Positions 48,452 to 59,005 of a stretch of 64,000 bases of DNA are shown in pieces. Made by a program: the position numbers and the translations under genes. The notes below the pieces were generated by a model. That model ran no database searches, was not told the DNA's origin, and saw only the letters and a program-made list of their open reading frames with translations. Where the stretch lies: NCBI GenBank assembly GCA_963781885.1, contig CAWAHW010000002.1:192001-256000 (forward strand). The letters are read 5' to 3'. Source of the stretch: an uncultured Spirochaetota bacterium (GTDB lineage Bacteria > Spirochaetota > Spirochaetia > SZUA-6 > Fen-1364). Each line of letters opens with the position of its first letter. Within the stretch, counting starts at the first letter, position 1.

Positions 48452-49744
48452 TCATTTCACGGCCGCGGCAGCGGTAAGGAATGGCTCCACCGCTGCCATC
48501 ATCTTCGCATCGAAGCGGAACGTCGGCAGGTCCGCCTGGTCGCCGGGCAAGGCGGCGATGACGGCATCGATGGCCGATGACGGCACGTCCACCTGGCGCT
48601 GAAGGGTGGCGCGGTGCGCCTGCTTCCAGCGCGCGATCCTTGCGGCAGATTCATGGATGCGCGCGCGCAGGAGCGCCCCGATCTCCGTCCGACGGCAGGC
48701 CGCGTCCAGGAGCCCCTTGAAGGCCCGGTCGGTCTGCGCGGCGGAGCCTTCCATGATGATGAAGTCGTGCCCCGCAAGGATCGCGCGCGCCGCCCAGACG
48801 GCAGTCTCGTCGATGCCGGCAATCTCGGGGCCGGAAGGGCCTCCGGCAAGGACGCTCCGATCCGCGTAGTGCCGCAGCATGAGGAGGCCGTCCGTCATCA
48901 GGAGCCCGCGGAAGCCGGTCTCCGATCGGAGCAACCCGTTCCATACGGATGAGAATGTCGCAAGCGAGTTGTCCACGGGCGAATCGTAGAGATGCGTCGT
49001 CATGATGATGCCCGTCTCCGCGGAGAGCTGCCGGAAGACGGAGAATCGCTTCTCCGCGTCGGCCAGCGGCACTTTCGTATCCGGGGAGGCATGGTGGAGA
49101 TTCGCCGTCGTGGGAAGAAAGGGGAAGTGCTTCAGCACGGGCATCAGCCCGAACCGGGTGAGCTCCGCGATGACCAGCCGCGCGCGCTCCACGGTGCGGG
49201 GATCCCCCGTGCTCGCGTCCACCGTGGGGCCGAGGGCGACGTTGATGCCTGCCGCGGCAAGCACGAATGCGTTCAGCCCCGCCAGCGTTTCGAGCCCTGC
49301 ATCCGGCAACGCGCTGAACCTGCCCAGGAAGCCGCCGACGTATCCATCGCCGAATGTCCCCGTCCGCGAGCTTCCGCGCAATGTCAGGATGTCGCTGCAG
49401 ATCAAGAGCGGCTGCGTGGTGAGCGAGGAAAGCGCGCTATTGGTGCGCCTGATCCGCTCGTAGTCCACGCTCGCGTAGTGGGGGATGACCCCGCCGATCT
49501 GGAGCCGGGTGACGAGCTCGACGAATGCGGGATCCAGGGCCAGAGTCCCCGACCAGCCGAAGCCATCGACATTGATGATGAAGAGCTGGCCCAGCTCCGC
49601 CGCAAGCTCCTTCTCCTGCTGCGCGGGTATCCGCATGCCGGGCTGGGAGAGAACCCGAAGCGACGCCGGTTGAGCGGCGGCGAACGATCCGGCAAGGAAG
49701 AGCAAAAGGGCGATTGTTGGGGCTCTGCGGGAGATGGGGCTCAT
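48452..49744 (-). CDS. Secreted glycoside hydrolase family 3 N-terminal domain protein (NagZ-like, divergent)
   Basis: LGQLF, GINVALGPTVD, LKHFP, IMTTH, GFRGLLMTDGL, AILAGHD. Confidence 0.75.
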   Translation of the reverse strand: MSPISRRAPTIALLLFLAGSFAAAQPASLRVLSQPGMRIPAQQEKELAAELGQLFIINVDGFGWSGTLALDPAFVELVTRLQIGGVIPHYASVDYERIRRTNSALSSLTTQPLLICSDILTLRGSSRTGTFGDGYVGGFLGRFSALPDAGLETLAGLNAFVLAAAGINVALGPTVDASTGDPRTVERARLVIAELTRFGLMPVLKHFPFLPTTANLHHASPDTKVPLADAEKRFSVFRQLSAETGIIMTTHLYDSPVDNSLATFSSVWNGLLRSETGFRGLLMTDGLLMLRHYADRSVLAGGPSGPEIAGIDETAVWAARAILAGHDFIIMEGSAAQTDRAFKGLLDAACRRTEIGALLRARIHESAARIARWKQAHRATLQRQVDVPSSAIDAVIAALPGDQADLPTFRFDAKMMAAVEPFLTAAAAVK

Positions 49745-49799
49745 GTTTCGCGGTCACTATAAGTCATCCGGAAGAATAAAAAAATAATCGCCAAAGCTC

Positions 49800-49846
49800 T
49801 TGACTAGTTAAATAACATTCGTTATTTATTATAACAGTTGTTTTAT
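49800..49846 (+). promoter_or_regulatory. Promoter region with palindromic TetR-type operators
   Basis: TTGACT 49800-49805; AATAAC-ATTC-GTTATT 49811-49826; related ATAACAGTTGTTTTAT 49831-49846. Confidence 0.6.
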
Positions 49847-49858
49847 AAAGAAGGGCAC

Positions 49859-50449
49859 ATGACGCAGCGAACGGTGTTTACAAGGGAAATGATCGTGGAT
49901 GCAGCATTCCAGCTTACGCGCGAGCACGGGTGGGCTTTCGTGACTGCGCGGACCATCGCCGAAAAGCTCGGCTCGTCGACCATGCCCCTGTATTCCACCC
50001 TCAAGTCCATGGAGGAGATCGAGAAAGAGGTCCGGGCGCGGGCGGAGGCATGCATGCATCGCTGCCAGCGGGAAAAATACGGCGACGAAGTCATGCTGAA
50101 TGCGGCCGTGGGATACGTTGTCTTTGCGCGGGATGAGAAGAACCTCTTCCGTTTCCTCTACGTGGATAGACCGGTCTCTGCCGACCGAAGCGCAAGAAAG
50201 GGCCAGGAGCGTGACGTCCAGGAGCTGGGCGGCGTGATCGACCTGGTGGATCAAGCCACCGTCGCCTTGAAGGAGCCGCTCGTGCTCAAGAGCTGGGCTT
50301 TCACGCACGGACTTGCGTCTCTCGTCTCCAGCGGCGTCATCGATCTTCCCACGGACAGGATCGCTTCGCTCATCTCGGAGACGGCAAGCGCGATCTACTA
50401 CATGGATGAGCTTCAGAAAAGGTCAAAGAAGGAGACAAAAAATGACTGA
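49859..50449 (+). CDS. TetR/AcrR transcriptional regulator (WHG-type C-terminus)
   Basis: TARTIAEKLGSSTMPLY HTH; WAFTHGLASL. Confidence 0.88.
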   Translation: MTQRTVFTREMIVDAAFQLTREHGWAFVTARTIAEKLGSSTMPLYSTLKSMEEIEKEVRARAEACMHRCQREKYGDEVMLNAAVGYVVFARDEKNLFRFLYVDRPVSADRSARKGQERDVQELGGVIDLVDQATVALKEPLVLKSWAFTHGLASLVSSGVIDLPTDRIASLISETASAIYYMDELQKRSKKETKND

Positions 50450-51368
50450 GACCATCGTCACCGTGAAGGGGCTGTCGAAGCGTTATGGCAGCACCATCGC
50501 GGTCAAGGACATCAGCTTCGACGTCCAGCGCGGGGAAATATTCGCCTTGCTGGGGCCGAACGGCTCGGGCAAGACGAGCACTCTGGAGAGCCTGGAGGGG
50601 ATCCGTCATCCCGACGGGGGAAAGCTTTCCATCGCGGGCATCGACCCCGTGCGGCAGCCCGCGCGCCTTCGCAACGTCATCGGCGTGCAGCTCCAGACCT
50701 CGGCGCTCCCGCCGGCCATGACGGTGGAGGAGGCGCTCCTTTTCTTCAGCAGCTACCACGGGGTGGCCGCGCGCTACGACCTGATCGAGAGGTTGGGGCT
50801 GTCGGAGAAAAGACGCCTGCAATACGGGAAGCTTTCCGTCGGTCAGCAGCGACGCCTGGCGCTTGCCATCGCCATCGCCCACGATCCGACGGTGGTCTTC
50901 CTCGATGAGCCCACGGCGGGTCTCGACGTGCAGTCCCGCACGGACCTGCACAGTCTGGCGCGCGAGCTGCGGGAGAAAGGTGCCACCGTGATCCTTGCGA
51001 CACACGACATGGCGGAAGCGGAAAAGCTCGCCGATCGGGCGGCCATACTCGTGCGCGGGGAGATCGTCGCCCTGGGAAGCCCGCGCCAGCTCACCGCGGC
51101 CGGCGACAGGAGGACGCGCATCTCCGTGTCCACGGAGCTCGGGAAGCTCGCCGCGGAGAATGTCACTTTCCCTTTCGCCCTGCTCCACGCCCGTGAAAAC
51201 GGCTACAGCACGTACCTCTCGGAGGATCCCGGCAAGTCCGTGAGCGCGATCCTCTCGTGGATCGAGAAGTCGGGCGATGCCCTCATCGACCTGCGTGTCG
51301 AAAGACCCACGCTGGAGGAAAGATTCCTGGAGATCACCCAGGAGCCCAGACAAGGAGCCACACGATGA
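50442..51368 (+). CDS. ABC-2 type transporter ATP-binding protein
   Basis: GPNGSGKT, LSVGQQRR, FLDEPTAGLD, ATH, PTLEERF. Confidence 0.93.
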   Translation: MTETIVTVKGLSKRYGSTIAVKDISFDVQRGEIFALLGPNGSGKTSTLESLEGIRHPDGGKLSIAGIDPVRQPARLRNVIGVQLQTSALPPAMTVEEALLFFSSYHGVAARYDLIERLGLSEKRRLQYGKLSVGQQRRLALAIAIAHDPTVVFLDEPTAGLDVQSRTDLHSLARELREKGATVILATHDMAEAEKLADRAAILVRGEIVALGSPRQLTAAGDRRTRISVSTELGKLAAENVTFPFALLHARENGYSTYLSEDPGKSVSAILSWIEKSGDALIDLRVERPTLEERFLEITQEPRQGATR

Positions 51369-52174
51369 ACGCATTCGCCCACCATCTTGCCTACGATTTT
51401 CGGACGGGCATTCGGGACAGGTCCAAGCTCGCGATGTACTACCTCTTCCCGCTGGTGTTTTTCGCGCTGGTCGGCGGGCTCATGGCGTCGCTTAACCCCG
51501 GGTTCAAGCAGACGATGCTCCCCGCCATGTCGCTTTTCGCCTACATGTGCGCGTCGCTCCTCAGCGTGCCGATGCTCCTGGTGAACGCGCGCGAGGCGGG
51601 GGTTTTTCGGAGCTACAGGATAAACGGTGTGCCGGTGGCTTCCATCGTCTCCATCCCCGTCATCAGCACCGCCGTGCACATGGCGCTGGTGACCATCATC
51701 ATCTGTTTTGCCGGCGCGCGGATCTACGGCGGCGTCGTCCCGTCGAACCTGGGGGGGTTCATCGTCGCCTGCGTGCTCTCCTATGCGTCCTTTGCCGGTA
51801 TCGGCACCCTGATAGGCGTTGCGGCGGCGAACAACACCGCGGCCACGCTGATCTGCCAGTTGCTCTACATTCCTTCCATCATCCTTGGCGGCATCACCGT
51901 TCCGTTATCGGTTCTGCCCTCCGGCTTGCAGCGGGTGTCAGCCCTCTTTCCGGCAAGCCATTGCATGAAGCTCTTCGCGGGGCTCGCCATGCCGGGCAGC
52001 CAGGGTGTGCCGTGGGGATCCATGGCGGTCCTCCTGAGCTCGACGCTGATCACATTCGTTCTCTCCGCCGTCCTTTTCTCCTGGGACTCCCGCGCGACGG
52101 CGCCGAGCAAAAAGGCGTGGGCGGCGCTTCTTGCGGTCGCCCCTTTTGCAATCGCGGCGATAGTCGGGTTGTAG
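51365..52174 (+). CDS. ABC-2 type transporter permease
   Basis: Multi-TM, REAGVFRSY, overlapping ATPase stop (ATGA). Confidence 0.85.
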   Translation: MNAFAHHLAYDFRTGIRDRSKLAMYYLFPLVFFALVGGLMASLNPGFKQTMLPAMSLFAYMCASLLSVPMLLVNAREAGVFRSYRINGVPVASIVSIPVISTAVHMALVTIIICFAGARIYGGVVPSNLGGFIVACVLSYASFAGIGTLIGVAAANNTAATLICQLLYIPSIILGGITVPLSVLPSGLQRVSALFPASHCMKLFAGLAMPGSQGVPWGSMAVLLSSTLITFVLSAVLFSWDSRATAPSKKAWAALLAVAPFAIAAIVGL

Positions 52175-52258
52175 AGGTTGCCCGTCGACGGGTTGCGGCA
52201 GCCGGTGTGCAACGATATACTGCGTCAGCCTATGGCATAGAATGACGCAGTACACCGG

Positions 52259-53239
52259 ATGAAAACAGCGATAACGGGTCTCACAGGTCACGTCGGAGTC
52301 ACGCTCGCCCAGGCCCTCCTGGAGCGCGGCCACGACGTCCGCGGGGTCGTCCGGGGAACGGCAGCGGCTCTGGATCACCTCCCGGTCGAATGCGTCACCG
52401 GCGACGTGAGGGACCTCGCGTCTCTCATCGCGGCGTTCACCGGCGTCGAGGTGGTCTTCCACACCGCCGCGCGCATTTCCATCTCGCGCAGCGACATCCG
52501 CGAGACCACGGAGGTCAATGTCGGCGGGACGCGCAACGTCATTGCGGCCTGCCGGAAGGCGGGCGTGCGGCGCCTCGTCCACTTCAGCTCCATCGAGGCG
52601 ATCGATCCTTATCCGCTGGACACGCCGGTGACCGAAGACCGGCCCGCGGTGAACGGCAGTGCGGGCTCGCCCTATGCGCTGTCGAAGGCCATGGCGGAGG
52701 CCGAGGTGAGACGCGCGTGCAGCGAGGGCCTGGACGCGGTGATCCTGAACCCCACCGCCATCATCGGTCCGAACGACACGAAGCCTTCACTCCTGGGCAG
52801 GGCGCTCATGTCGTTCGCCCGGGGCACCATCCCGTTCCTCATCGACGGCGGTTTCAACTGGGTCGACGTGCGGGACGTCGTTCGGTCCGCGGTGGAGGCG
52901 GCGGACCACGGCGCCACGGGCAGCCGCTACATACTCGGCGGCCGCTGGGCATCCATGGCCGAGCTTGCAACGCTTGCCTGCGAAGCCATCGGCCGGCAGC
53001 CGCCGCGCATCACGGTTCCCATGGCCCTCGCGCAGGTCTGGGCGCCGGTCTCCGCCGCCTGGTGCCGCGTCGCCGGGCGCCAGCCGCTGTTCACCGCCTA
53101 TTCGCTGGCCGTCCTGCGCGGCAACCGCAGCGTGGCGCACGATCGCGCCGCGCGCGATCTCGGCCATGCCCCGCGTGATTTGCAGGTCACCGTGCGGGAT
53201 ACCTGCGCCTGGTTTCTTGCGCAGGAAAAGCGCGCCTGA
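52259..53239 (+). CDS. NAD-dependent epimerase/dehydratase (dihydroflavonol reductase-like)
   Basis: ITGLTGHVG, FHTAA, HFSS, YALSK, VDVRDV. Confidence 0.88.
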   Translation: MKTAITGLTGHVGVTLAQALLERGHDVRGVVRGTAAALDHLPVECVTGDVRDLASLIAAFTGVEVVFHTAARISISRSDIRETTEVNVGGTRNVIAACRKAGVRRLVHFSSIEAIDPYPLDTPVTEDRPAVNGSAGSPYALSKAMAEAEVRRACSEGLDAVILNPTAIIGPNDTKPSLLGRALMSFARGTIPFLIDGGFNWVDVRDVVRSAVEAADHGATGSRYILGGRWASMAELATLACEAIGRQPPRITVPMALAQVWAPVSAAWCRVAGRQPLFTAYSLAVLRGNRSVAHDRAARDLGHAPRDLQVTVRDTCAWFLAQEKRA

Positions 53240-53299
53240 GCCGCGGGCCGGGCCGGCACTGTTCGGCGCCGTCCGCGCGCGCTATACTCGATCCCGATC

Positions 53300-53575
53300 A
53301 TGCCGGTAGCGAAGCCTGACGTTCTCACCCAGATTTTCGGATTCCTCAGCACCATCGCCCGCTACATCGGCCTGGGCATCGTCCAGCTCGTGCAGTACAT
53401 CCTGCCTTCCGTGAAGGACCTCTCCACGCTTGCCGAGCCGATCGGCTTCCTTGCCCTGCTCACCATCTTCGTCATCCTCACCTCCGCCGCGCGGAAGGTC
53501 GCCCTGATCATCGTCCTGGTCGGCTGGCTGCTCATCCTCATCCGCGTCCTGCTCATGGCCTTCCACCTTGGATAG
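53300..53575 (+). CDS. Small hypothetical membrane protein
   Basis: 91 aa, 2-3 hydrophobic helices, normal codon bias, TATACT upstream. Confidence 0.65.
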   Translation: MPVAKPDVLTQIFGFLSTIARYIGLGIVQLVQYILPSVKDLSTLAEPIGFLALLTIFVILTSAARKVALIIVLVGWLLILIRVLLMAFHLG

Positions 53576-53585
53576 GGGAACCATC

Positions 53586-54383
53586 ATGCCACGCGAAGGC
53601 GCTTCTGCCGACAGGATGCCCGTTCTCTTCATCGGGCACGGATCGCCGGTGAATATATTGCAAAACAACACGTACACCCGCAGCCTCTCCGTGCTGGCAG
53701 CCGCGATCCCGCGGCCGTCCTCCATCCTCGTCGTATCGGCCCACTGGCTCACCGACGGCACCTGGGTGACGGATGCCGAGCGGCCGCGGCAGATCTACGA
53801 TTTCTACGGTTTCCCCGACGAGCTGTACGCGGTGCGCTACGAGCCAAGGGGCGCGCCGGAAGAAGCTCGGCGCCTCGCGGAGAGCGGCACGCCGCCGCGG
53901 GTCACGCTCGACAATGGGCAGTGGGGACTGGATCATGCCTCGTGGGCGGTGCTCCGCCACATGTATCCCGCCGCGGATATTCCGGTCTGGGAGATGAGCC
54001 TCGACGCGAGGCTCCCCGCCGGCGGTCACCTGGTGGTGGCGCGGTCCCTCGCGGGTCTCCGCGAGCGCGGGGTCCTCATCATCGGGAGCGGCAACATCGT
54101 CCACAACCTGCGCCTCGTCGATTTCCGCGACGACGCGGCCGCGTTCCCCTGGGCGGTGGAGGCGGATGAATGGATCGGGGCCCGCATCGAGTCCCGCGAC
54201 CTGCCGGCGCTCGCCTCCTATGAGAGCGCGGGGCCCGCCGTCCGCAAGGCCGTGCCGACAAACGACCACTACCTGCCCATGCTCTACGCGCTGGGGCTCG
54301 CGGGCGGGGAAGAGCCCCTGACCTTCACGCACGTGGGGATGCAGAACGGCTCGATTTCCATGCGCTGCTTCCGCGTCGGCTAG
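53586..54383 (+). CDS. ygiD: 4,5-DOPA extradiol dioxygenase (LigB family)
   Basis: LFIGHGSP, VSAHW, IYDFYGFP, WGLDHASW, GSGNIVHNL, HYLP. Confidence 0.85.
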   Translation: MPREGASADRMPVLFIGHGSPVNILQNNTYTRSLSVLAAAIPRPSSILVVSAHWLTDGTWVTDAERPRQIYDFYGFPDELYAVRYEPRGAPEEARRLAESGTPPRVTLDNGQWGLDHASWAVLRHMYPAADIPVWEMSLDARLPAGGHLVVARSLAGLRERGVLIIGSGNIVHNLRLVDFRDDAAAFPWAVEADEWIGARIESRDLPALASYESAGPAVRKAVPTNDHYLPMLYALGLAGGEEPLTFTHVGMQNGSISMRCFRVG

Positions 54384-54489
54384 CGGCGCTCGGAAACCGC
54401 GGCGTATTCTGTTGACCGCTCAATGAGCGTTGTAGTACTTTCCTACCGACACACGTTCGCGTGCCCATACAACCTGAAAGGAGCACTGC

Positions 54490-55089
54490 ATGGCAGTCCT
54501 CGTGGGGAAACCCGCACCCGACTTCACGGCAACGGCAGTTCTGGGAAACAACGAAATCAAGGAAATCACCCTCTCGGCTTTCACCAAGGGAAAATACACG
54601 GTCCTCTTCTTCTATCCCTTCGACTTTACCTTCGTGTGTCCCACGGAGCTCATCGCCTTCGATCATCGCCTCGACGAGTTCAAGAAGCGCAACGTGGAGG
54701 TGATCGCGGTCTCCATCGATTCGGAGCATACGCATTTGGCGTGGAAGAATACGCCGGTGGAGAAGGGCGGCATCGGCCCCGTGCACTACCCGATCGTCGC
54801 GGACATCCGGCACCTGCTCGCCCGCGCCTATGACGTGGAGTCAGCCGGCGGCGGCGCCTTCCGCGGCTCGTTCCTCATCGACAAGGGCGGCATCGTCCGT
54901 CACCAGGTGGTGAATGACCTGCCGCTGGGCCGCAACATCGACGAGATGCTGCGCATGGTGGACGCGCTGCAGTTCAACGAGGAGCACGGCGAGGTCTGCC
55001 CCGCGGGATGGACGAAGGGCAAGGCGGGCATGAAGGACAACGCCCAGGGCGTCGCGACGTACCTCGCATCGCACGCGAAAGAGCTGTAG
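54490..55089 (+). CDS. ahpC: Typical 2-Cys peroxiredoxin
   Basis: FFYPFDFTFVCPTE, NDLPLGRN, HGEVCPAGW. Confidence 0.93.
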   Translation: MAVLVGKPAPDFTATAVLGNNEIKEITLSAFTKGKYTVLFFYPFDFTFVCPTELIAFDHRLDEFKKRNVEVIAVSIDSEHTHLAWKNTPVEKGGIGPVHYPIVADIRHLLARAYDVESAGGGAFRGSFLIDKGGIVRHQVVNDLPLGRNIDEMLRMVDALQFNEEHGEVCPAGWTKGKAGMKDNAQGVATYLASHAKEL

Positions 55090-55143
55090 GATTCGATTCC
55101 GGGGGCATCACGGGAAGTCCCCCTCGCTCTTGCAGGAGGCAAC

Positions 55144-55863
55144 GTGTCTGATCCAGGCTGCCCGACGTACCTGATCGCCGGCGGCAGGGGAAGGGAACGT
55201 CTACGCGGTCCCGATCCCCTTGCCCAGGAGTTCATCCGTCGCACCGGGCTGCGCCGCCCGCGCGTCGCGTACATCGGGGCCGCGTCGGGCGACAACCCGG
55301 CCTTCCGCCTCCTCATCGGCGGCATCCTGAAAAAGGCGGGCGCCGGCACCGTGTCGCTCGCACCGCTCTGCGGCAAACGGGGAAGCGCGGCTGCCGCGCA
55401 GGAGGTGCTCGCCGCGGCGGACATCGTTTTCGTATCCGGCGGCGACGTGGAGGAGGGCATGAAGGTGCTCGAGGAGAAGGGAATCGTGCCTTTTCTCCGC
55501 CAGCTCCACGCGGCGGGCAAACCCTTCTTCGGCATCTCCGCGGGAAGCATCATGCTGGCGCGCGCCTGGGTGCGCTGGACCGACCCGGGGGACGACGCCA
55601 CCGCGGAGCTTTTCCCCTGCCTGGGATTCGCGCCGGTGATCTGCGACACGCACGGGGAGGCCGACGACTGGACCGAGCTGAAGGCGGCCCTTGCGCTCAA
55701 GCCCGTCGGAGCGGTCGGCTACGGCATCGTGTCGGGGACGGCGCTGGTCGTGGAAAAGGACGGCTCCCTCGGCGCGCGGGGCGGCGAGGTGCACGTATTC
55801 AAGAGGAGGAAGACGGGCGTCGCGCAGCTGCCGAGTCTCGTCCCTCCAGGAGGCAAGGAATGA
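55144..55863 (+). CDS. Peptidase S51 (peptidase E/cyanophycinase-like) family protein
   Basis: YIGAASGD, VFVSGGD, GISAGS nucleophile elbow. Confidence 0.75.
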   Translation: MSDPGCPTYLIAGGRGRERLRGPDPLAQEFIRRTGLRRPRVAYIGAASGDNPAFRLLIGGILKKAGAGTVSLAPLCGKRGSAAAAQEVLAAADIVFVSGGDVEEGMKVLEEKGIVPFLRQLHAAGKPFFGISAGSIMLARAWVRWTDPGDDATAELFPCLGFAPVICDTHGEADDWTELKAALALKPVGAVGYGIVSGTALVVEKDGSLGARGGEVHVFKRRKTGVAQLPSLVPPGGKE

Positions 55864-56741
55864 CGCTTCGTGAGGCGCTTGCAGGAAAAGGCATCATCCT
55901 TCTGGACGGCGCGACAGGCACCCAGCTCTCCGCGCGGGGTCATTCCCCGGGAGGCACGCAGAATCTCCTCCATCCCGACGACGTGCGCGCCGTGCACGAA
56001 AGCTACCTCGCCGCCGGGTCGCGCGCGATCACGACGAACACGCTCACCGACAACCGCATCTTCCTCGAGTCGCACGGGCAGGCCGCCGCCGTCGCCGAGG
56101 TCAACCAGGCAGGCGCTGCGCTCGCGCGCGCGGCAGTGAATGCCCGCGGCCCCGGCGCTTTCGTCCTTGGAGACCTGAGCTCCACGGGCCAGCTCCTGGA
56201 GCCTTACGGCGATGCCACCGAAGCGCAGTTCGTCGCCGCCTTCGCGGAGCAGGCAGGGATTCTCGCTGCTGCCGGCGTGGACGGCTTTCTCATCGAGACG
56301 GTCATGGACCTGCGGGAGGCGGTCTGCGCCGTGCGCGGGTGCCGCGAAGCCTCCACCCTGCCCATTCTTGTGACGATGTCGTTCCAGAATCTCAAGGATG
56401 GCGGCAGGACCGCCATGGGAAGCCGGGCAGCCGACTGCGGGGAAACGCTTGCCCGCGAAGGCGCCGCCGCCGTGGGCGCCAACTGCGGAGACCTCGATCC
56501 CCTCGACACCGCGGAGATCGTCACGGTGCTGCGGGGGGCCTGCGGTTTGCCGCTGATCGCTCAGCCCAATGCGGGGAAGCCCCGGCTCGTGAACGATGCG
56601 GCGGTCTTCGACATGGAGCCGGCGCGATTCGCGGACGGGCTTGCACTCTGCATCCAGCGCGGCGCACGGCTTGTCGGCGGCTGCTGTGGGACGACCCCGG
56701 CCCACATCGCGGCCCTTGCGCGCCTGATCGCGACGAGCTGA
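55860..56741 (+). CDS. Homocysteine S-methyltransferase family protein
   Basis: LLDGATGT, IET, GANCG, QPNAG, GGCCGTTPAHI. Confidence 0.9.
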   Translation: MTLREALAGKGIILLDGATGTQLSARGHSPGGTQNLLHPDDVRAVHESYLAAGSRAITTNTLTDNRIFLESHGQAAAVAEVNQAGAALARAAVNARGPGAFVLGDLSSTGQLLEPYGDATEAQFVAAFAEQAGILAAAGVDGFLIETVMDLREAVCAVRGCREASTLPILVTMSFQNLKDGGRTAMGSRAADCGETLAREGAAAVGANCGDLDPLDTAEIVTVLRGACGLPLIAQPNAGKPRLVNDAAVFDMEPARFADGLALCIQRGARLVGGCCGTTPAHIAALARLIATS

Positions 56742-56832
56742 TCGCCCGTCCGCGCCCTGTCCCTCCGGCACCCCCATGACCCGGCGCGGGAGAATTCCGT
56801 ATCTTATCCGCATGTGCTGAGGGGGCAACGCA

Positions 56833-57807
56833 ATGGAATATCGTCGATTGGGAAGCGCCGGCCTGAAGGTGAGCGCGCTGTCCTACGGATCGTGGGTCAC
56901 CTACGGCAAGCAGCTCGATCCCGATGCGGCCGGTGCCTGCATGAAGGAGGCATGGGATCGCGGGGTGAACTTTTTCGACAACGCGGAGGCCTACGAGGCG
57001 GGAAGATCGGAAGAGATCATGGGCACCGTCCTGCGGAAGATGGGGTGGCGGCGCGCAAGTTACGTCGTGTCGACGAAGATCTTCTTCGGCATGCACGACG
57101 GGATAAACGAAAAGGACACCCTCAACCGCAAGAAGCTGCGGGAGGGCATTGACGGCGCGCTGAAGCGCTTCGGCCTTGATTACGTCGACCTCGTGTTCTG
57201 CCACCGCCCGGACCCTGAGACGCCGATCGAGGAAACCGTGTGGTCGATGCACATGATGGTGCAGTCCGGCAAGGCGCTCTACTGGGGTACCTCCGAATGG
57301 AGCGCCGACCAGCTTCGCGAGGCATGGGGCATCGCGGAGAAGCATCACCTCCACAAGCCGCAGATGGAGCAGCCGCAGTACAATCTTTTCACGCGTCGCC
57401 GGGTGGAGAAAGAATATGCACGGCTGTACGACGGCATCGGCCTGGGCCTCACGACATACAGCCCGCTCGCGGCGGGCATCCTGACCGGCAAGTACGCCTC
57501 CGGCATCCCGAAGGATTCCCGCCTGGCGCTGCCCGGCATGGAGTGGCTTGCAAAGGCCGTCACCCCGGCGCGCACCGAGGCGGTCAAGCGCCTGGAGCCT
57601 ATCGCCCGGGAGCTGGGCGCGACAACCGCGCAGCTTGCCCTTGCCTGGTGCGCGCACAACCCGCATGTGAGTACGGTGATCACGGGCGCCTCTCGACCCG
57701 CGCAGGTCGTGGAGAATCTCAAGGCGCTCGACGTCCTGCCAAAGCTTACCCCCGAGGTTCTTGCGAAGATCGACGAGGCGGCCTCAGGGGCAAGCGACCT
57801 CGGATAG
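56833..57807 (+). CDS. Aldo/keto reductase (Kv beta subunit-like)
   Basis: [36 protein letters not shown]. Confidence 0.92.
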   Translation: MEYRRLGSAGLKVSALSYGSWVTYGKQLDPDAAGACMKEAWDRGVNFFDNAEAYEAGRSEEIMGTVLRKMGWRRASYVVSTKIFFGMHDGINEKDTLNRKKLREGIDGALKRFGLDYVDLVFCHRPDPETPIEETVWSMHMMVQSGKALYWGTSEWSADQLREAWGIAEKHHLHKPQMEQPQYNLFTRRRVEKEYARLYDGIGLGLTTYSPLAAGILTGKYASGIPKDSRLALPGMEWLAKAVTPARTEAVKRLEPIARELGATTAQLALAWCAHNPHVSTVITGASRPAQVVENLKALDVLPKLTPEVLAKIDEAASGASDLG

Positions 57808-57874
57808 CGCTGCCGCTGATGCCACGGCACGCTGGTATCAGCGGCCGCCATTTCGCGGCAGCGCAGCCGACCCG

Positions 57875-59005
57875 CTACAGCCAGCGGTCGAACCAGGCGA
57901 ATGCGTCAGCCTGCATCGGCCTGTCGAACTTGTGCGGCCCGGGATAGAACATCCCGCGATAGCATTCCGGCGCGCCCATGGCTGCGTAGATGCGTGACAG
58001 CTTGTCGCTCGCCTTTTCCTGGCCGGCCAGCGTCCACAGCGGGTCCTCGCGGTCGCCCTGCACCATGAGCGGGGCGGGGCCGTGGAGTGACGCCACGTCG
58101 GGAAGGTCCATCAAGCCGGGCAGGTGCGGCACGTGGAGCATCCACGTATGCCACCGCACCACGTCGGGCAGCATCTCCTCGAATGTCGACATGAATCCGA
58201 CGCACACCGCGCAGCGGATGCGGGCATCCAGCGCCGCGAGGAAGATCGTGCGCAGGCCGCCGCCGGAGAGTCCGCCGCAGCCCACGCGCCGCGGATCCAC
58301 GTCGGACCGCGTGAGCAGGTAGTCCACCGCGCGCCTGTCCTCCCACGCCATGACGCCGGGCCACGTCGTCCCCGCGAGGAAGAGCGTCTTCGTGATGAAC
58401 GTTTCATAGCTGCCCACGAAATCGTTGTATGCCTCGATGTACTCCCTGCTTCCCGGTCTTTCCATCTCCAGCTTCTGCACGTACTGCTCCGGCACGGTGC
58501 TTTCCGCGAGCCGGCGCGAGCCCCAGAGAAAGACATCCGGTGCAAGAACGACATAGCCGCGGCGCGCAAGCTCGTTCGCCCAGGAGAGCCCTCCATACGT
58601 CCGCGCCTTGAACTCCACCATGAGGGGAGGCTCGTCGCGCATCTCCACGAGCTTCTCTTTGCCGTGGTAGTAGAAGGCACTGTGGTCGTGCAGGGCGATG
58701 ACGGCCGGCAGGCCTTCGCTGCGGCCCGCGGGGCGGACAAGGAAAGCCTCGGTGCGCGGGCCGAACGGCTGTGCCCATGACACGAGCTCCGTGACGAGGC
58801 CGTCGCGCTCGTCCACGATGCGCGACTGGGCGGCAAGAGGCGTGGCCGGCGGATCGTAACCAAGGAGCTCGTGAATCCTGCCGCGCGCCCGCATTTTCCA
58901 CGTCTCGACGTCATTCCACTTTCCGTCCAGGAAGGAAAGGTTCCGGGGCGACCGGCTTTCGCACCAGGAGGCCAGGGACTGGTAGTTGCCGAGCAGCGCT
59001 TTCAT
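57875..59005 (-). CDS. Alpha/beta hydrolase, dienelactone hydrolase/acetylxylan esterase-like
   Basis: PAVIALHDH, GKEK, EDRRAVDYL, GLSGGG, GPHKF. Confidence 0.8.
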   Translation of the reverse strand: MKALLGNYQSLASWCESRSPRNLSFLDGKWNDVETWKMRARGRIHELLGYDPPATPLAAQSRIVDERDGLVTELVSWAQPFGPRTEAFLVRPAGRSEGLPAVIALHDHSAFYYHGKEKLVEMRDEPPLMVEFKARTYGGLSWANELARRGYVVLAPDVFLWGSRRLAESTVPEQYVQKLEMERPGSREYIEAYNDFVGSYETFITKTLFLAGTTWPGVMAWEDRRAVDYLLTRSDVDPRRVGCGGLSGGGLRTIFLAALDARIRCAVCVGFMSTFEEMLPDVVRWHTWMLHVPHLPGLMDLPDVASLHGPAPLMVQGDREDPLWTLAGQEKASDKLSRIYAAMGAPECYRGMFYPGPHKFDRPMQADAFAWFDRWL

